Shown: in pieces, positions 52,863 to 61,901 of the stretch
Layout of the letters: each line of letters starts with the position of its first letter
Position numbering within the stretch: position 1 is the stretch's first letter
NCBI GenBank assembly: GCA_040289115.1
Contig: PSKS01000003.1
Location: forward strand, 35,515-99,514
From: Chloroflexota bacterium
GTDB lineage: Bacteria; Chloroflexota; Dehalococcoidia; JAUQQI01
Direction: 5' to 3'
Length of the DNA stretch: 64,000 nt
Notes under the pieces: model-generated
The model's input: the letters and a program-made list of their open reading frames with translations, nothing else
Told to the model about the DNA's origin: nothing
The model's database searches: none
Program-made: the position numbers and the translations under genes

Positions 52863-52933
52863 CGGACGGTTGGTAGTGGGGTGGTATCGGCTGATGGTAA
52901 AATATTCTAAAGTTGCTGCTCGGCAGCGGACCG

Positions 52934-53842
52934 ATGGAGCTCGGTCAGCTTGAGGCCTTCGTCGAGGCGGCACGGCGGGGTAATTTCCGGCAGGCCGCCG
53001 AGGTGCTCTTCATAAGTCAGCCGTCCCTGAGCGCCCGCATCAGCCTCCTGGAGCGGGAACTCGGGGAGCGTCTCTTTGAGCGGCTGGGTCGTGGTGTTCG
53101 GCTCACCCCTGCCGGCAAGCTCTTTTTGCCCTATGCCGAGCGGGCCTTGGAAACCCTCCGGCAGGGGCGGGAGGCCCTGGCGGCCTCCCGCCGGGCGGCC
53201 ATGGGAACCCTTCAGGTGGGGTGCGCCCGGGTCATCGGTACGTACGCAATGCCGGAAATCTTGACGGCTTTCCGCCGCCGCTACCCCCAGGTGGAGGTCC
53301 ACATCCGGACCGGCCGTTCGTCGGAGATCCTGCAGCTGGTGGTCGACCAGACCATCAATATCGGCCTCGCCCGGGCCCTGAACCACCCGCTGGTTTGGAC
53401 CCGGCGGCTCTACGACGAGGAGATCGTGCTGGTAACCCACCCAGCCCACCCCTTTGCTCGGGCCGGGAGGGCCACTATTCAGCAGGTGGCCGAGGAGCCC
53501 CTCATCCTCTATGACCGGGGCTCCTCGTACTTCGTCCTAATTGAGCAAGTCTGCCACGAAGCCGGTATAATCCCCCGGGTTGAGATGGTCCTGGATAGCG
53601 TTGAGGCCACCAAGCGGATGGTGGAGCGTGGCCTTGGCATCTCGTTCCTGCCCCGAAGTAGCATCCGGGACGAGGTCAGGACCGGACGCTTGCGGGTCAT
53701 CGAGCTGGCCGACGGCCACCGGGTCTTTCTGCCGACGGCGGTGATGGTCCGCCGGGCTAGCAGCTACCCGGCGGCCGTTCTGGCCTTCTTGCAGGTACTG
53801 GCCGAGCTTTACGGGGTCGAGTCGGGCCTCCGGCCGGAGTAG
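52934..53842 (+). CDS. LysR-family transcriptional regulator
   Basis: From ATG 52934 the product starts MELGQLEAFVEAARRGNFRQAAEVLFISQPSLSARISLLERELG (wHTH), followed by a LysR substrate domain. Confidence 0.9.
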   Translation: MELGQLEAFVEAARRGNFRQAAEVLFISQPSLSARISLLERELGERLFERLGRGVRLTPAGKLFLPYAERALETLRQGREALAASRRAAMGTLQVGCARVIGTYAMPEILTAFRRRYPQVEVHIRTGRSSEILQLVVDQTINIGLARALNHPLVWTRRLYDEEIVLVTHPAHPFARAGRATIQQVAEEPLILYDRGSSYFVLIEQVCHEAGIIPRVEMVLDSVEATKRMVERGLGISFLPRSSIRDEVRTGRLRVIELADGHRVFLPTAVMVRRASSYPAAVLAFLQVLAELYGVESGLRPE

Positions 53843-53917
53843 TGACCGCCCGTCGGAGCCGGCTGGGGTCCTCCCGGCAGCCCACTCTCAAAAAGTCCCG
53901 GACTTAGCCGACCAAAA

Positions 53918-53947
53918 TTGACAAGCCTTCCGGGGCTGTGCTAAAAA
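53918..53947 (+). promoter_or_regulatory. Candidate promoter of tRNA-Asp
   Basis: TTGACA (53918-53923), 18 nt, TAAAAA (53942-53947). The tRNA starts 11 nt later. Confidence 0.45.
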
Positions 53948-53957
53948 GAAGATGGCT

Positions 53958-54033
53958 GGCCCCGTGGTGTAGCCAGGTCTAACACGCCACCCTGTCAAGG
54001 TGGAGATCGGGGGTTCAAATCCCCTCGGGGTCG
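53958..54033 (+). tRNA. tRNA-Asp (anticodon GUC)
   Basis: GGCCCCG acceptor, anticodon arm CCACC-CTGTCAA-GGTGG, T-arm GGGGG-TTCAAAT-CCCCT, 3' CGGGGTC-G. Confidence 0.95.
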
Positions 54034-54384
54034 CCCAAGCCTTACCGGCCGGGGGTCGTCCTTCGCCCCAACCCGTTGACCTTACCTTGGTACCAAGCCG
54101 ATGGGGCATACCCGGCCGCCGTCAAGTGGGTTGCCTGGCTTCCGGCTTGGTAAGCTCGAGGCCGGACGCACCAACACATCCGTCGGCACACCGCATGGGA
54201 AGGCAGGCCATCAGTCAAATCCGGCCGCGAGGGACCGGTCACAGCCGACCGGTTCGGGGGCCCGATGCTTTAGCTAGTCGCAGGGGCCCACGGCCGTACG
54301 CCCCACAAAAAGGCTGGCGACCAACCGGAAACCCCTGACACCGTCCCCCAATAGACGCGGGCGGATGTTAAAATCCCTCAGGTA

Positions 54385-55350
54385 GTGGCCCCGATGGAAG
54401 GTACCCTTACTTCGGCCGACCTTATCACCGAGATCCGGCGGCTGCGCCGGGAACGCAACGCCGTTATCCTAGCCCACAATTATCAGGTCCCGGAAATCCA
54501 GGACCTGGCCGATTTCGTCGGCGATTCCCTTGGCCTTTCCCAGGCCGCCGCCCGGACCGACGCCGACGTCATCGTCTTCTGCGGCGTCCACTTCATGGCC
54601 GAGACCGCAGCCATCCTCTGCCCCGACAAAAAGGTCCTTATCCCCGACCCGGAGGCCGGCTGCTCCCTGGCCGCAACCATCGACGCCGCGCAGCTCCGGT
54701 CCTGGAAGGCCCAACATCCAGGGGCCGTGGTGGTTGCTTATGTTAACACCACGGCCGAGGTCAAGGCCGAGGCCGACTACTGCTGCACCTCCAGCAACGC
54801 CACCAAGGTAATCAACAGCATCCCGCCGGATAGAGAGATTCTCTTTCTGCCGGACCTCTTTCTCGGCAGTTACCTCCAGCGGGTAACCGGGCGCAAGCTG
54901 CACGTTTGGCTAGGCGAATGCCATGTCCACGCCGGGATCCGGCCGGCCGACATTCTGGGCAAGCTGGAGGCCCACCCCGACGCCGAGTTTCTCATCCACC
55001 CGGAGTGCGGCTGCGTCACCTCATGCATGTACTATCTGGCCGACGGGACCATACCCGCCAATAACGCCCACATCCTCTCCACCGAGGGGATGATCCGGCG
55101 GGCCCAGCAGTCCCCGGCCCGAAAATTCATCGTCGCCACCGAAGTCGGCGTCCTCCACCGGATGCGCAAGGACAACCCCGATAAGGTATTCATCCCGGCC
55201 AGCGAGGACGCCGTCTGCCAGTACATGAAGAAGATCACCCTTGGGAAGCTTTACCGGTCTCTTCGGGACCTGGTTTACGAGGTCCGGGTCGACCCCGAAA
55301 TCGCGGCCCGGGCCCGCATTGCCATCGAGCGAATGCTCAGTCTCGCCTGA
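54385..55350 (+). CDS. nadA: Quinolinate synthase
   Basis: 321 aa with NAVILAHNYQ and conserved Cys ligands. An alternative start is ATG 54394. Confidence 0.95.
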   Translation: MAPMEGTLTSADLITEIRRLRRERNAVILAHNYQVPEIQDLADFVGDSLGLSQAAARTDADVIVFCGVHFMAETAAILCPDKKVLIPDPEAGCSLAATIDAAQLRSWKAQHPGAVVVAYVNTTAEVKAEADYCCTSSNATKVINSIPPDREILFLPDLFLGSYLQRVTGRKLHVWLGECHVHAGIRPADILGKLEAHPDAEFLIHPECGCVTSCMYYLADGTIPANNAHILSTEGMIRRAQQSPARKFIVATEVGVLHRMRKDNPDKVFIPASEDAVCQYMKKITLGKLYRSLRDLVYEVRVDPEIAARARIAIERMLSLA

Positions 55351-56201
55351 TGGAGCTGCCCGCCTTTGCCGTCGACCGGGTGGTGGAGGCCGCCCTGGCC
55401 GAGGACCTCCCCTGGGGCGACCTCACTACGGACAACCTCATCCCGGCCGGGCTCACCGCCGCCGGGGAGGTCCGGGCCAAGGCCGAGGGGGTCATCGCCG
55501 GCCTGCCCGTCTTTGAGCGGGTCTTCCACCGGCTCGACCCCCGGGTCCGGGTGGAGTTACGCTGCCACGACGGGGCGGCCGTTAAGCCCGGCGATATTGT
55601 GGCCGTGGTGACGGGGCCGGCGCGGAGCATCCTGCGGGGTGAACGGGTTGCCCTCAACTTCCTGCAGCGGCTGAGCGGCATTGCCACCCTCACCAGCAAC
55701 TACGTGGCCGCCGTCTCCGGCCTGCCGTGCCGGGTCATCGACACCCGGAAGACGACCCCGGGCTTGCGGCTACTAGAAAAATACGCCGTCCGGATGGGGG
55801 GTGGGGCTAACCACCGCTTCGGCCTCAGCGACGGCATCCTGATCAAGGACAACCACCTGGCCCTTCTCCGTCGGGAGGGGATCTCCCTCGTCGCGGCCTT
55901 GGCCGAACTACGCCGCCGAATACCCCATGGCGTCCGGATTCAGGTGGAGGTCGAATCGCTGGCCGAGGCCGAGGAGGCCCTGGCGGCGGGGGCGGATGCC
56001 CTACTCTTCGACAACATGCCCCTGGACCTGCTCCGGCAGGGGGTGGCCCTGGCCCGGGGCCGGGCCATCACCGAGGCTTCGGGGGGCATAACCTTAGAAA
56101 ATGTCCGGGCCGTGGCCGAGACCGGGGTGGACCTCATCTCGGTGGGGGCCCTGACCCACTCGGTCCGAGCCCTGGATATAAGCCTGGATTTTCGGGTCTG
56201 A
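55350..56201 (+). CDS. nadC: Nicotinate-nucleotide pyrophosphorylase (carboxylating)
   Basis: 283 aa. DTRKTTPGLRLLEKYAVRMGGGANHR and the full QPRTase pattern are present. The start overlaps the nadA stop (TGATG). Confidence 0.95.
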   Translation: MELPAFAVDRVVEAALAEDLPWGDLTTDNLIPAGLTAAGEVRAKAEGVIAGLPVFERVFHRLDPRVRVELRCHDGAAVKPGDIVAVVTGPARSILRGERVALNFLQRLSGIATLTSNYVAAVSGLPCRVIDTRKTTPGLRLLEKYAVRMGGGANHRFGLSDGILIKDNHLALLRREGISLVAALAELRRRIPHGVRIQVEVESLAEAEEALAAGADALLFDNMPLDLLRQGVALARGRAITEASGGITLENVRAVAETGVDLISVGALTHSVRALDISLDFRV

Positions 56202-56214
56202 GGGTCGCCCCCTT

Positions 56215-57456
56215 ATGGTGCAGGCAAAATATCTCATCGTCGGCGGGGGAGTGGCCGGGGGCGCCGCTGCCCGGGCCATCCGCCAGGCCAACCCAGAAGG
56301 CCGCTTAGTTTTAATAACCGACGAGCCCTACCCCCCCTACGACCGGGTTCCCCTCTCCAAGGCCTACCTGTTGGGCAAACTTAAGCGGGAAAGGCTGTTT
56401 CTCCTCCGGCCCGAACAGCTGGACGCTGGTGGCACCGAGATCCGGACCGGGACCCGGGCGGTGGCCCTTGACCCGGCCGGCCGCACCCTCACCCTGGACT
56501 CGGGGGAGATGGTCCGGTTTGAGCGACTCCTGCTGGCCACCGGCGGCCGACCCCGCCGGCTACCCATCCCTGGGTCCCACCTAGCCGGGGTCCACTACCT
56601 GCGCACCATCGACGACTCCGACCGGATCCGCTCCGAAGCCCGGCCGGGCCGCCGGGCCGTCATTGTGGGGGGCAGCTTCATCGGGTGCGAGGTAGCGGTG
56701 GCCCTCCACCAGCTGGGGGTCCAGGTGACCATCTTCGAGGTCGAGCCCCTCCTTTTCGGCCGGGTTTTCGACCCGGCGGTAGCCGGGGCCCTCACCCAAT
56801 TCATCCGTAGCAAGGGCATCGGGGTAGAGACCGGCGCAAGCATCGTCCGCTTCCTGGGCCGGAACGGCCGGGTGGCCGGGGTGGAGCTGGCTGACGGCCG
56901 GACCTTCGAGGCCGATTTCGCCGTGGTCGGGGTGGGCATCGCCCTCAACACCGAGCTGGCAGAGGGGGCCGGCCTGGAGGTCCAGAACGGGGTCCTCGTC
57001 GACGAAAGGCTCCAGACCCCGGTTGAGGGCATCTTCGCCGCCGGGGATATCGCCCGCTACTACAGCCCCCTCTACGGCCGATACCTCCGGGTGGAACACT
57101 ACGACACGGCGGTTAAGCACGGCCGACGGGCCGGCCTCAACCTGATCGGCCGGATGGAACCCTATGACGGCCTGCCTTACTTTTTCTCTTACCTGCTTGA
57201 AGTCAACCTCCACGTGGTGGGCGACTTCAGCCGCTGGGACGGCATCCTTGAAACCGGCCCGCCTAGTTTTCCCGAACCCTACGTCCGGTACTACTTTGAG
57301 GGGGACCGGCTGGCAGCCGTCCTGATGGTGAATACCCCACCCCCAAGCCTCCCCGCGGCCGAGGCCTACGTCCGGGAGCGGCCTACCCCCGAGGGGTTAA
57401 GGACCATGGCCCGGCCCGAACTGCCCGTCCCAGCCGGGGACCTAAAGCCCCGTTGA
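56215..57456 (+). CDS. FAD/NAD(P)-dependent pyridine nucleotide-disulfide oxidoreductase (ferredoxin-reductase/AIF-like)
   Basis: 413 aa with YLIVGGGVAGGAAA and a second Rossmann VIVGGSFIGCEVA. Confidence 0.85.
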   Translation: MVQAKYLIVGGGVAGGAAARAIRQANPEGRLVLITDEPYPPYDRVPLSKAYLLGKLKRERLFLLRPEQLDAGGTEIRTGTRAVALDPAGRTLTLDSGEMVRFERLLLATGGRPRRLPIPGSHLAGVHYLRTIDDSDRIRSEARPGRRAVIVGGSFIGCEVAVALHQLGVQVTIFEVEPLLFGRVFDPAVAGALTQFIRSKGIGVETGASIVRFLGRNGRVAGVELADGRTFEADFAVVGVGIALNTELAEGAGLEVQNGVLVDERLQTPVEGIFAAGDIARYYSPLYGRYLRVEHYDTAVKHGRRAGLNLIGRMEPYDGLPYFFSYLLEVNLHVVGDFSRWDGILETGPPSFPEPYVRYYFEGDRLAAVLMVNTPPPSLPAAEAYVRERPTPEGLRTMARPELPVPAGDLKPR

Positions 57457-59381
57457 AGGCCCGGGAGCTCATCGCCCCCGCGTTCGTGGTAGGGTTGGCC
57501 GCCGGCCTGCGGTTCTACCGGCTGGATTGGGCCGAATTTAAGCTAGATGAGGCCCGACTGGCTACCCTCGCCCTCGGACTGGCCCGGGACGGCCAATTAC
57601 CCCCCTGGGGCATCGACGCCTCCATCGGGGTGCCCAACTTTCCCCTGGCCGCCTGGCTTGCGGCCGTGCCCTTTGCTTTCTCGGCCGACCCGGTGGCGGC
57701 CACCGGTTTTGTGGCCCTCCTCAATACGCTAGCCGCCCTTGGGGTCTACCTGGTGGGCCGGGCCTGGTACGGGCCGGTCGGCGGCCTTGTGGCCGGCCTT
57801 CTTTACGCCGCCAGCCCCTGGGCCGTACTCTTCAGCCGGAAGCTCTGGCCGCCAGAGTTTCTGGCCCCCTTCGCCGTGGCCCTTATCTACACTGCCGACC
57901 GAGCCTTCGGCGCCGGCTCCGGCCGGATTCAGGCTGCCTGGCTCTTTCTGACTGGCCTGCTTTTGGCGGCCATGGTCCAGATCCAGTACGCCGCCCTGAG
58001 CCTGCTGGTTTCGGCGGCGGTGTGGTTCGCGGCCCTGCACCGTCGGCTCCGGCCGGCGGGGCTGGTCGGATTTGCCGCCGGCCTGGGCGGGCCTTTTTTG
58101 GCTTTCCTGGCCGCCTACCCAGCCCAGACCTTGGCCGTCGGTCGGGGTATTTTGGGCCTCACGGGGCGGCCGGCCGAGACCGACCTTAAGGTCTTAGCGA
58201 ACCTCTGGGTCCTGGTCACGGGCCAGGCCATCCATTCCCTGGCCGGACCTGAGCGCTTTAAAGAACTCATGGGGCAGGTGGGCGACGCTGGCCCGGCCCA
58301 GACGCTTACGGGGCTCTGGGTCCTGGCCGGGATAGCGGGACAGACGGCCGCCTTGGGTCGGTCCCAAACCGCCGGGGCCAACGGGTGGCGGACAGTTATC
58401 TTGCTAGGTTGTCTTTTGGGGCCTGTCCTTGTTCAGCTCCGTCACCCCCTGGATGTTCGCCTGGAATACCTCCTCTGCGCCCTGCCTACCCTTTACCTTC
58501 TGGCCGGAAGCACGGCCGCCCTTGCGGCGCGCTTGCCGGGCTCCCGGCCCATCGGCCCAGCCCTGGTGATTCTGGCAATGGGGTTGGCCGGCCTTCAAGC
58601 TGTGCGCGTCTGGCAGGCGGTCGAGTTCGTGGGTGTCGAGGCCACCCCTGGGGCCTACGGTGTTCCCCTTAAGGCCCACTTGGCTGTGGCCGAGGCGGCC
58701 CGTAGGCTCTATGCCCGGCTTCCTGCGGCCGAGGTTTGGCTGCTGGGCCGCGGTTCGAATCCGGCCTACGACGAGTACCCTGCCGTTTACGCCGTTCTGC
58801 TCGGCCGGGACCTCCCCCTCAGGTTTTACGACGCCGGGCGGCCCATCCGCTGGCCCAACCATTCGGGCCTCATCGTTGCCCTGCCGGGGACCGTCCCCCC
58901 AGCCGGAGCTCAGGGGGTGGGCAGTCCGATTCCTTGGCGGCGAGGAGAGGGGGCCGTCGGCTTCTGGTTGTGGACGGGGGGTGGGCCCAGCCGACCGGCC
59001 GCGGCCTTCGACCCGCCCCCGGTTTGGGCCGACGGGGTGCGCCTCCTCGGGGCCGCTACTCCGGTCTGCCTGGAGGCCGGAAGGCCTGCCCGCCTCTATC
59101 TTTACTGGGATACCGGGAGGCTAACCACACCCTTTCAGGTCTTCAACCACCTGCTCGGCCCGGACAGTGTCCGGGTGGCCCAGGCCGACGGGCCGGGCCC
59201 GCCCCCAGTTCCCGGCCGGACGGTAGTCAACTGGTTCGACCTGGAGGTGCCCTCCGATTCGCCCTCGATCCTCCGGCTAGTGAGCGGCCGCTACCTGCTT
59301 CCGGACGTCGAGAACATTCCCCGGGCCGATACCGGGCAGCCCGACGTTACAGTTACGGAGGTCCGGGTGGGTTGCGGCTGA
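57453..59381 (+). CDS. GT39/ArnT-like membrane glycosyltransferase
   Basis: 642 aa. A multi-TM N-terminal half with RFYRLDWAEFKLDEARL is followed by a soluble C-terminal domain. Confidence 0.8.
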   Translation: MKARELIAPAFVVGLAAGLRFYRLDWAEFKLDEARLATLALGLARDGQLPPWGIDASIGVPNFPLAAWLAAVPFAFSADPVAATGFVALLNTLAALGVYLVGRAWYGPVGGLVAGLLYAASPWAVLFSRKLWPPEFLAPFAVALIYTADRAFGAGSGRIQAAWLFLTGLLLAAMVQIQYAALSLLVSAAVWFAALHRRLRPAGLVGFAAGLGGPFLAFLAAYPAQTLAVGRGILGLTGRPAETDLKVLANLWVLVTGQAIHSLAGPERFKELMGQVGDAGPAQTLTGLWVLAGIAGQTAALGRSQTAGANGWRTVILLGCLLGPVLVQLRHPLDVRLEYLLCALPTLYLLAGSTAALAARLPGSRPIGPALVILAMGLAGLQAVRVWQAVEFVGVEATPGAYGVPLKAHLAVAEAARRLYARLPAAEVWLLGRGSNPAYDEYPAVYAVLLGRDLPLRFYDAGRPIRWPNHSGLIVALPGTVPPAGAQGVGSPIPWRRGEGAVGFWLWTGGGPSRPAAAFDPPPVWADGVRLLGAATPVCLEAGRPARLYLYWDTGRLTTPFQVFNHLLGPDSVRVAQADGPGPPPVPGRTVVNWFDLEVPSDSPSILRLVSGRYLLPDVENIPRADTGQPDVTVTEVRVGCG

Positions 59382-59407
59382 ACTTTCGGTTAAAATAGGG
59401 CGGGGGA

Positions 59408-59941
59408 ATGGATCTCGTCCAGGCCTACTGTCCCATCTGTCAGGCCGAGGTCCAGCGGCCGGCGGACCTCTGGGCGGCGGCCGCCCGCACGCCCCGTCGG
59501 CTTTACCGGGCGGTTCGGGGCCTCACCGAAGCCGACCTGGCCTACCGCCCCCGGTCCGATGCCTGGTCCATCCGGCAGGTGATCCTGCACCTGACCGATA
59601 CCGAGCTGGTCCACGGCTACCGATTCCGGAAAATCCTGGCCGAAGACGCCCCCGACCTGCCCGGCTACGACCCCAGCGCCTGGGCCGCCAGGGCGGCCTA
59701 CGACCGGCGGGACCTTCGGGCAGCCATCTCCGCCTTCAGGGCCCTGCGCCTGGCCAACCTGGACCTGCTCCGGTCGGCGGGTGAAGCGGCCTTCGGGCGA
59801 GCCGGCCGGCACCCCCGGTTCGGGCCCGTCACGGTGGGCCAGCTCTTCGGCCATCTGGTGGACCACGACCTAGACCACCTGCGCCAGCTCGAATGGACCC
59901 GGGCGGTGGTGGAGGGCAAGCTTGAACCGGGTTCTGCTTAG
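59408..59941 (+). CDS. DinB-family protein
   Basis: 177 aa. The His triad context (ILHLTDTELVHGYRF...HLVDHDLDHLRQL) is typical of DinB_2. Confidence 0.85.
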   Translation: MDLVQAYCPICQAEVQRPADLWAAAARTPRRLYRAVRGLTEADLAYRPRSDAWSIRQVILHLTDTELVHGYRFRKILAEDAPDLPGYDPSAWAARAAYDRRDLRAAISAFRALRLANLDLLRSAGEAAFGRAGRHPRFGPVTVGQLFGHLVDHDLDHLRQLEWTRAVVEGKLEPGSA

Positions 59942-60227
59942 GACCCTCAAGGCCACCTTCTGGGCCGCCTTCGCCCTGGACGGACTTTTGAGCGCCCTCC
60001 TTACCTACCGATGGATTCGGCTACTGCTGCGGCTGCCCGGACCCGAGGTTTACCGCCTGACGGTGGCCCTCTTCCTTATACCGTCGGAAAGGGTTCTGCG
60101 GGTCGGGGGCACCTTGCAGTTCGCCTTCGGCCTGGCCAACCTGCTCCGGACCCTGGGGCTCATTCGGGGCCTGCCGGCCCTTCCCCGCCGGCCCGGCCGG
60201 CAACCCGTCGGAAGAAGCCCAGCATAA
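59922..60227 (+). CDS. Hypothetical small membrane protein
   Basis: 101 aa with two hydrophobic segments. It overlaps the DinB 3' end by 20 nt and the convergent hydrolase by 68 nt. No homolog recognised. Confidence 0.35.
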   Translation: MNRVLLRTLKATFWAAFALDGLLSALLTYRWIRLLLRLPGPEVYRLTVALFLIPSERVLRVGGTLQFAFGLANLLRTLGLIRGLPALPRRPGRQPVGRSPA

Positions 60228-60957
60228 GCCGGTTGAATTCTTCCGGCCGCTCCCGGTGCAGGTTGTGGCCGCAGTCGGGGAAGATGACCAGCTCCGAGCC
60301 GGGGATGAGGCGGTGGAGGGCTTCGGCATGCTTCGGGTTGATGAGCCGGTCCCGGCCGCCGTGGACGACAAGCACCGGACAGCGGACCAGGTGGAGCCGG
60401 TCGCAGTGATAGTTGCCGCCGCGGTCAAATATGCGCCGGTTGGCGGCCACAAACTCGGCCAACAGATGGCGCCAGTAGGGCTCCCCGTGGGCCTTGGCCA
60501 ACTCCCGGGCCCACCGACCCCATCGCTCGGGCCAGTTTTCGATGGGCAGCCAGCCCTCCAATACCGCCATGTTCTGGGCGTCCAGCTCACAGCTGGCGCT
60601 CACGGCCACCAGGCCCCGGACCAGGTCGGGCCGCTCGATGGCCAGGTACAGGCCGACGATGGCCCCGTCGCTGAAGCCCAAAATCAGGCCCGATTTTACC
60701 CCCAGGGTATCCAGCCAGGCGATGGTGTCGTCCGCCTGCTGCCGGAGGTAATCATCCGGGAACCGGTCGATATGCTCGGAGCGGCCGTAGCCCCGCTGGT
60801 CAACGGCGTAGACCCTAAATTCCCGGGCCAGGAGGTCGATCTGGGGTCCGAAATCCAGGCGGGCGGTGCCCATGCCCCCGTGAAGGACGACCACCGGGTC
60901 GCCCTCCCCGGCAACCTCGTAATAAAGCCGGACCCCGTTTACGGTCAGGTCAGGCAA
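60160..60957 (-). CDS. Alpha/beta hydrolase
   Basis: 265 aa with HGGMG, the nucleophile elbow GFSDGA and a C-terminal HNLHRE. Confidence 0.9.
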   Translation of the reverse strand: MPDLTVNGVRLYYEVAGEGDPVVVLHGGMGTARLDFGPQIDLLAREFRVYAVDQRGYGRSEHIDRFPDDYLRQQADDTIAWLDTLGVKSGLILGFSDGAIVGLYLAIERPDLVRGLVAVSASCELDAQNMAVLEGWLPIENWPERWGRWARELAKAHGEPYWRHLLAEFVAANRRIFDRGGNYHCDRLHLVRCPVLVVHGGRDRLINPKHAEALHRLIPGSELVIFPDCGHNLHRERPEEFNRLMLGFFRRVAGRAGGEGPAGPE

Positions 60958-60964
60958 TGGGCCG

Positions 60965-61288
60965 TCAGCGCAACCTGAGCAGCCTCAAAGATAGCTTGAG
61001 CCGGCGCTTGGGTCGGCTCTGCCCCACCCCTACGGCGAGGGCTGGCGGCTTCACCAGCTCCCAGCCCTGACCCTCGCAGAGGCGGCGCATGATGTGGGCC
61101 AGCTCCCAGACGACAGCCCGCAGCTCTTCGGTGGTGGCGGAGCGGCTGGCGGCCGTTTCCAGGTTTTCGAGCCAGCGCTGGAGGTAAAGCCGCTGCCAGA
61201 GTTGGAAGGCCTGCTCATCGTCGGCCAGGTAAGGGGTCGACTCGTCCGGGTAGCCCAGGTCGACCTCTGGGGCATATTTAAATCCCAC
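60965..61288 (-). CDS. Hypothetical protein
   Basis: GTG 61288 is preceded by GAGGAGGTG with 8-nt spacing. The maximal ORF extends to 61369. No domain recognised. Confidence 0.5.
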   Translation of the reverse strand: MGFKYAPEVDLGYPDESTPYLADDEQAFQLWQRLYLQRWLENLETAASRSATTEELRAVVWELAHIMRRLCEGQGWELVKPPALAVGVGQSRPKRRLKLSLRLLRLR

Positions 61289-61404
61289 GGCCAAAGCACC
61301 TCCTCGATTTGCGGTGGCCAGTCGCAGCACCTCTGTCAGCAGTTTACAGACTGCAACCGACACCGTCAACTCGCGGCAAGGCCGGCCGTAGAACCGGTCG
61401 GACG

Positions 61405-61716
61405 CTAGCGTACGATAAAGGGCAAGTGGAGCCGGCTGGCCGGGAACGCCGGCGGGGTGGGACTCGGCCGGGGTGAAAGCCCCGCGGCGGCCCCTCCACC
61501 GAATCCGCCCGCCACCGTATAGCCGCCCCCGGCCAGCAGGCCTGCATCTGCCTGGCCGATGAAGGCGCTGAGGCCGTAGCTCCCGCCGGAAGTCCCGCCG
61601 CCCCCGACCCGGTACCGGGTGATTTCATACCCGGCCCATTGGGCCAGGACGCCCCCCGCCAACCCCACCACCCCGACCAGGAGACCGACCCTGACCGCAA
61701 CCTTAAACGGTTTCAC
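61405..61716 (-). CDS. Secreted glycine-rich protein
   Basis: GTG 61716 is preceded by GGAGGAGG with 7-nt spacing. The signal peptide is (M)KPFKVAVRVGLLVGVVGLAGGVLAQ. The mature part is YEITRYRVGGGGTSGGSYGLSAFIGQADAGLLAGGGYTVAGGFGGG. Confidence 0.55.
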   Translation of the reverse strand: MKPFKVAVRVGLLVGVVGLAGGVLAQWAGYEITRYRVGGGGTSGGSYGLSAFIGQADAGLLAGGGYTVAGGFGGGAAAGLSPRPSPTPPAFPASRLHLPFIVR

Positions 61717-61901
61717 CCGAAAGCCTCCTCCCGGACCGCCGCCAGCGGTCGGCATAATTTACGCCCAATTTTACCCACCTTTTAGATAATCCTGCCAGTC
61801 AGCCGACGGGTTTTTGAAAATTCTTTGGAAACCGGCCTTGGCATGAGGCCAGGGGTTGTGGCATCATACTTGGTGCTGGATTTCACAAAGGGAGGGATTT
61901 T

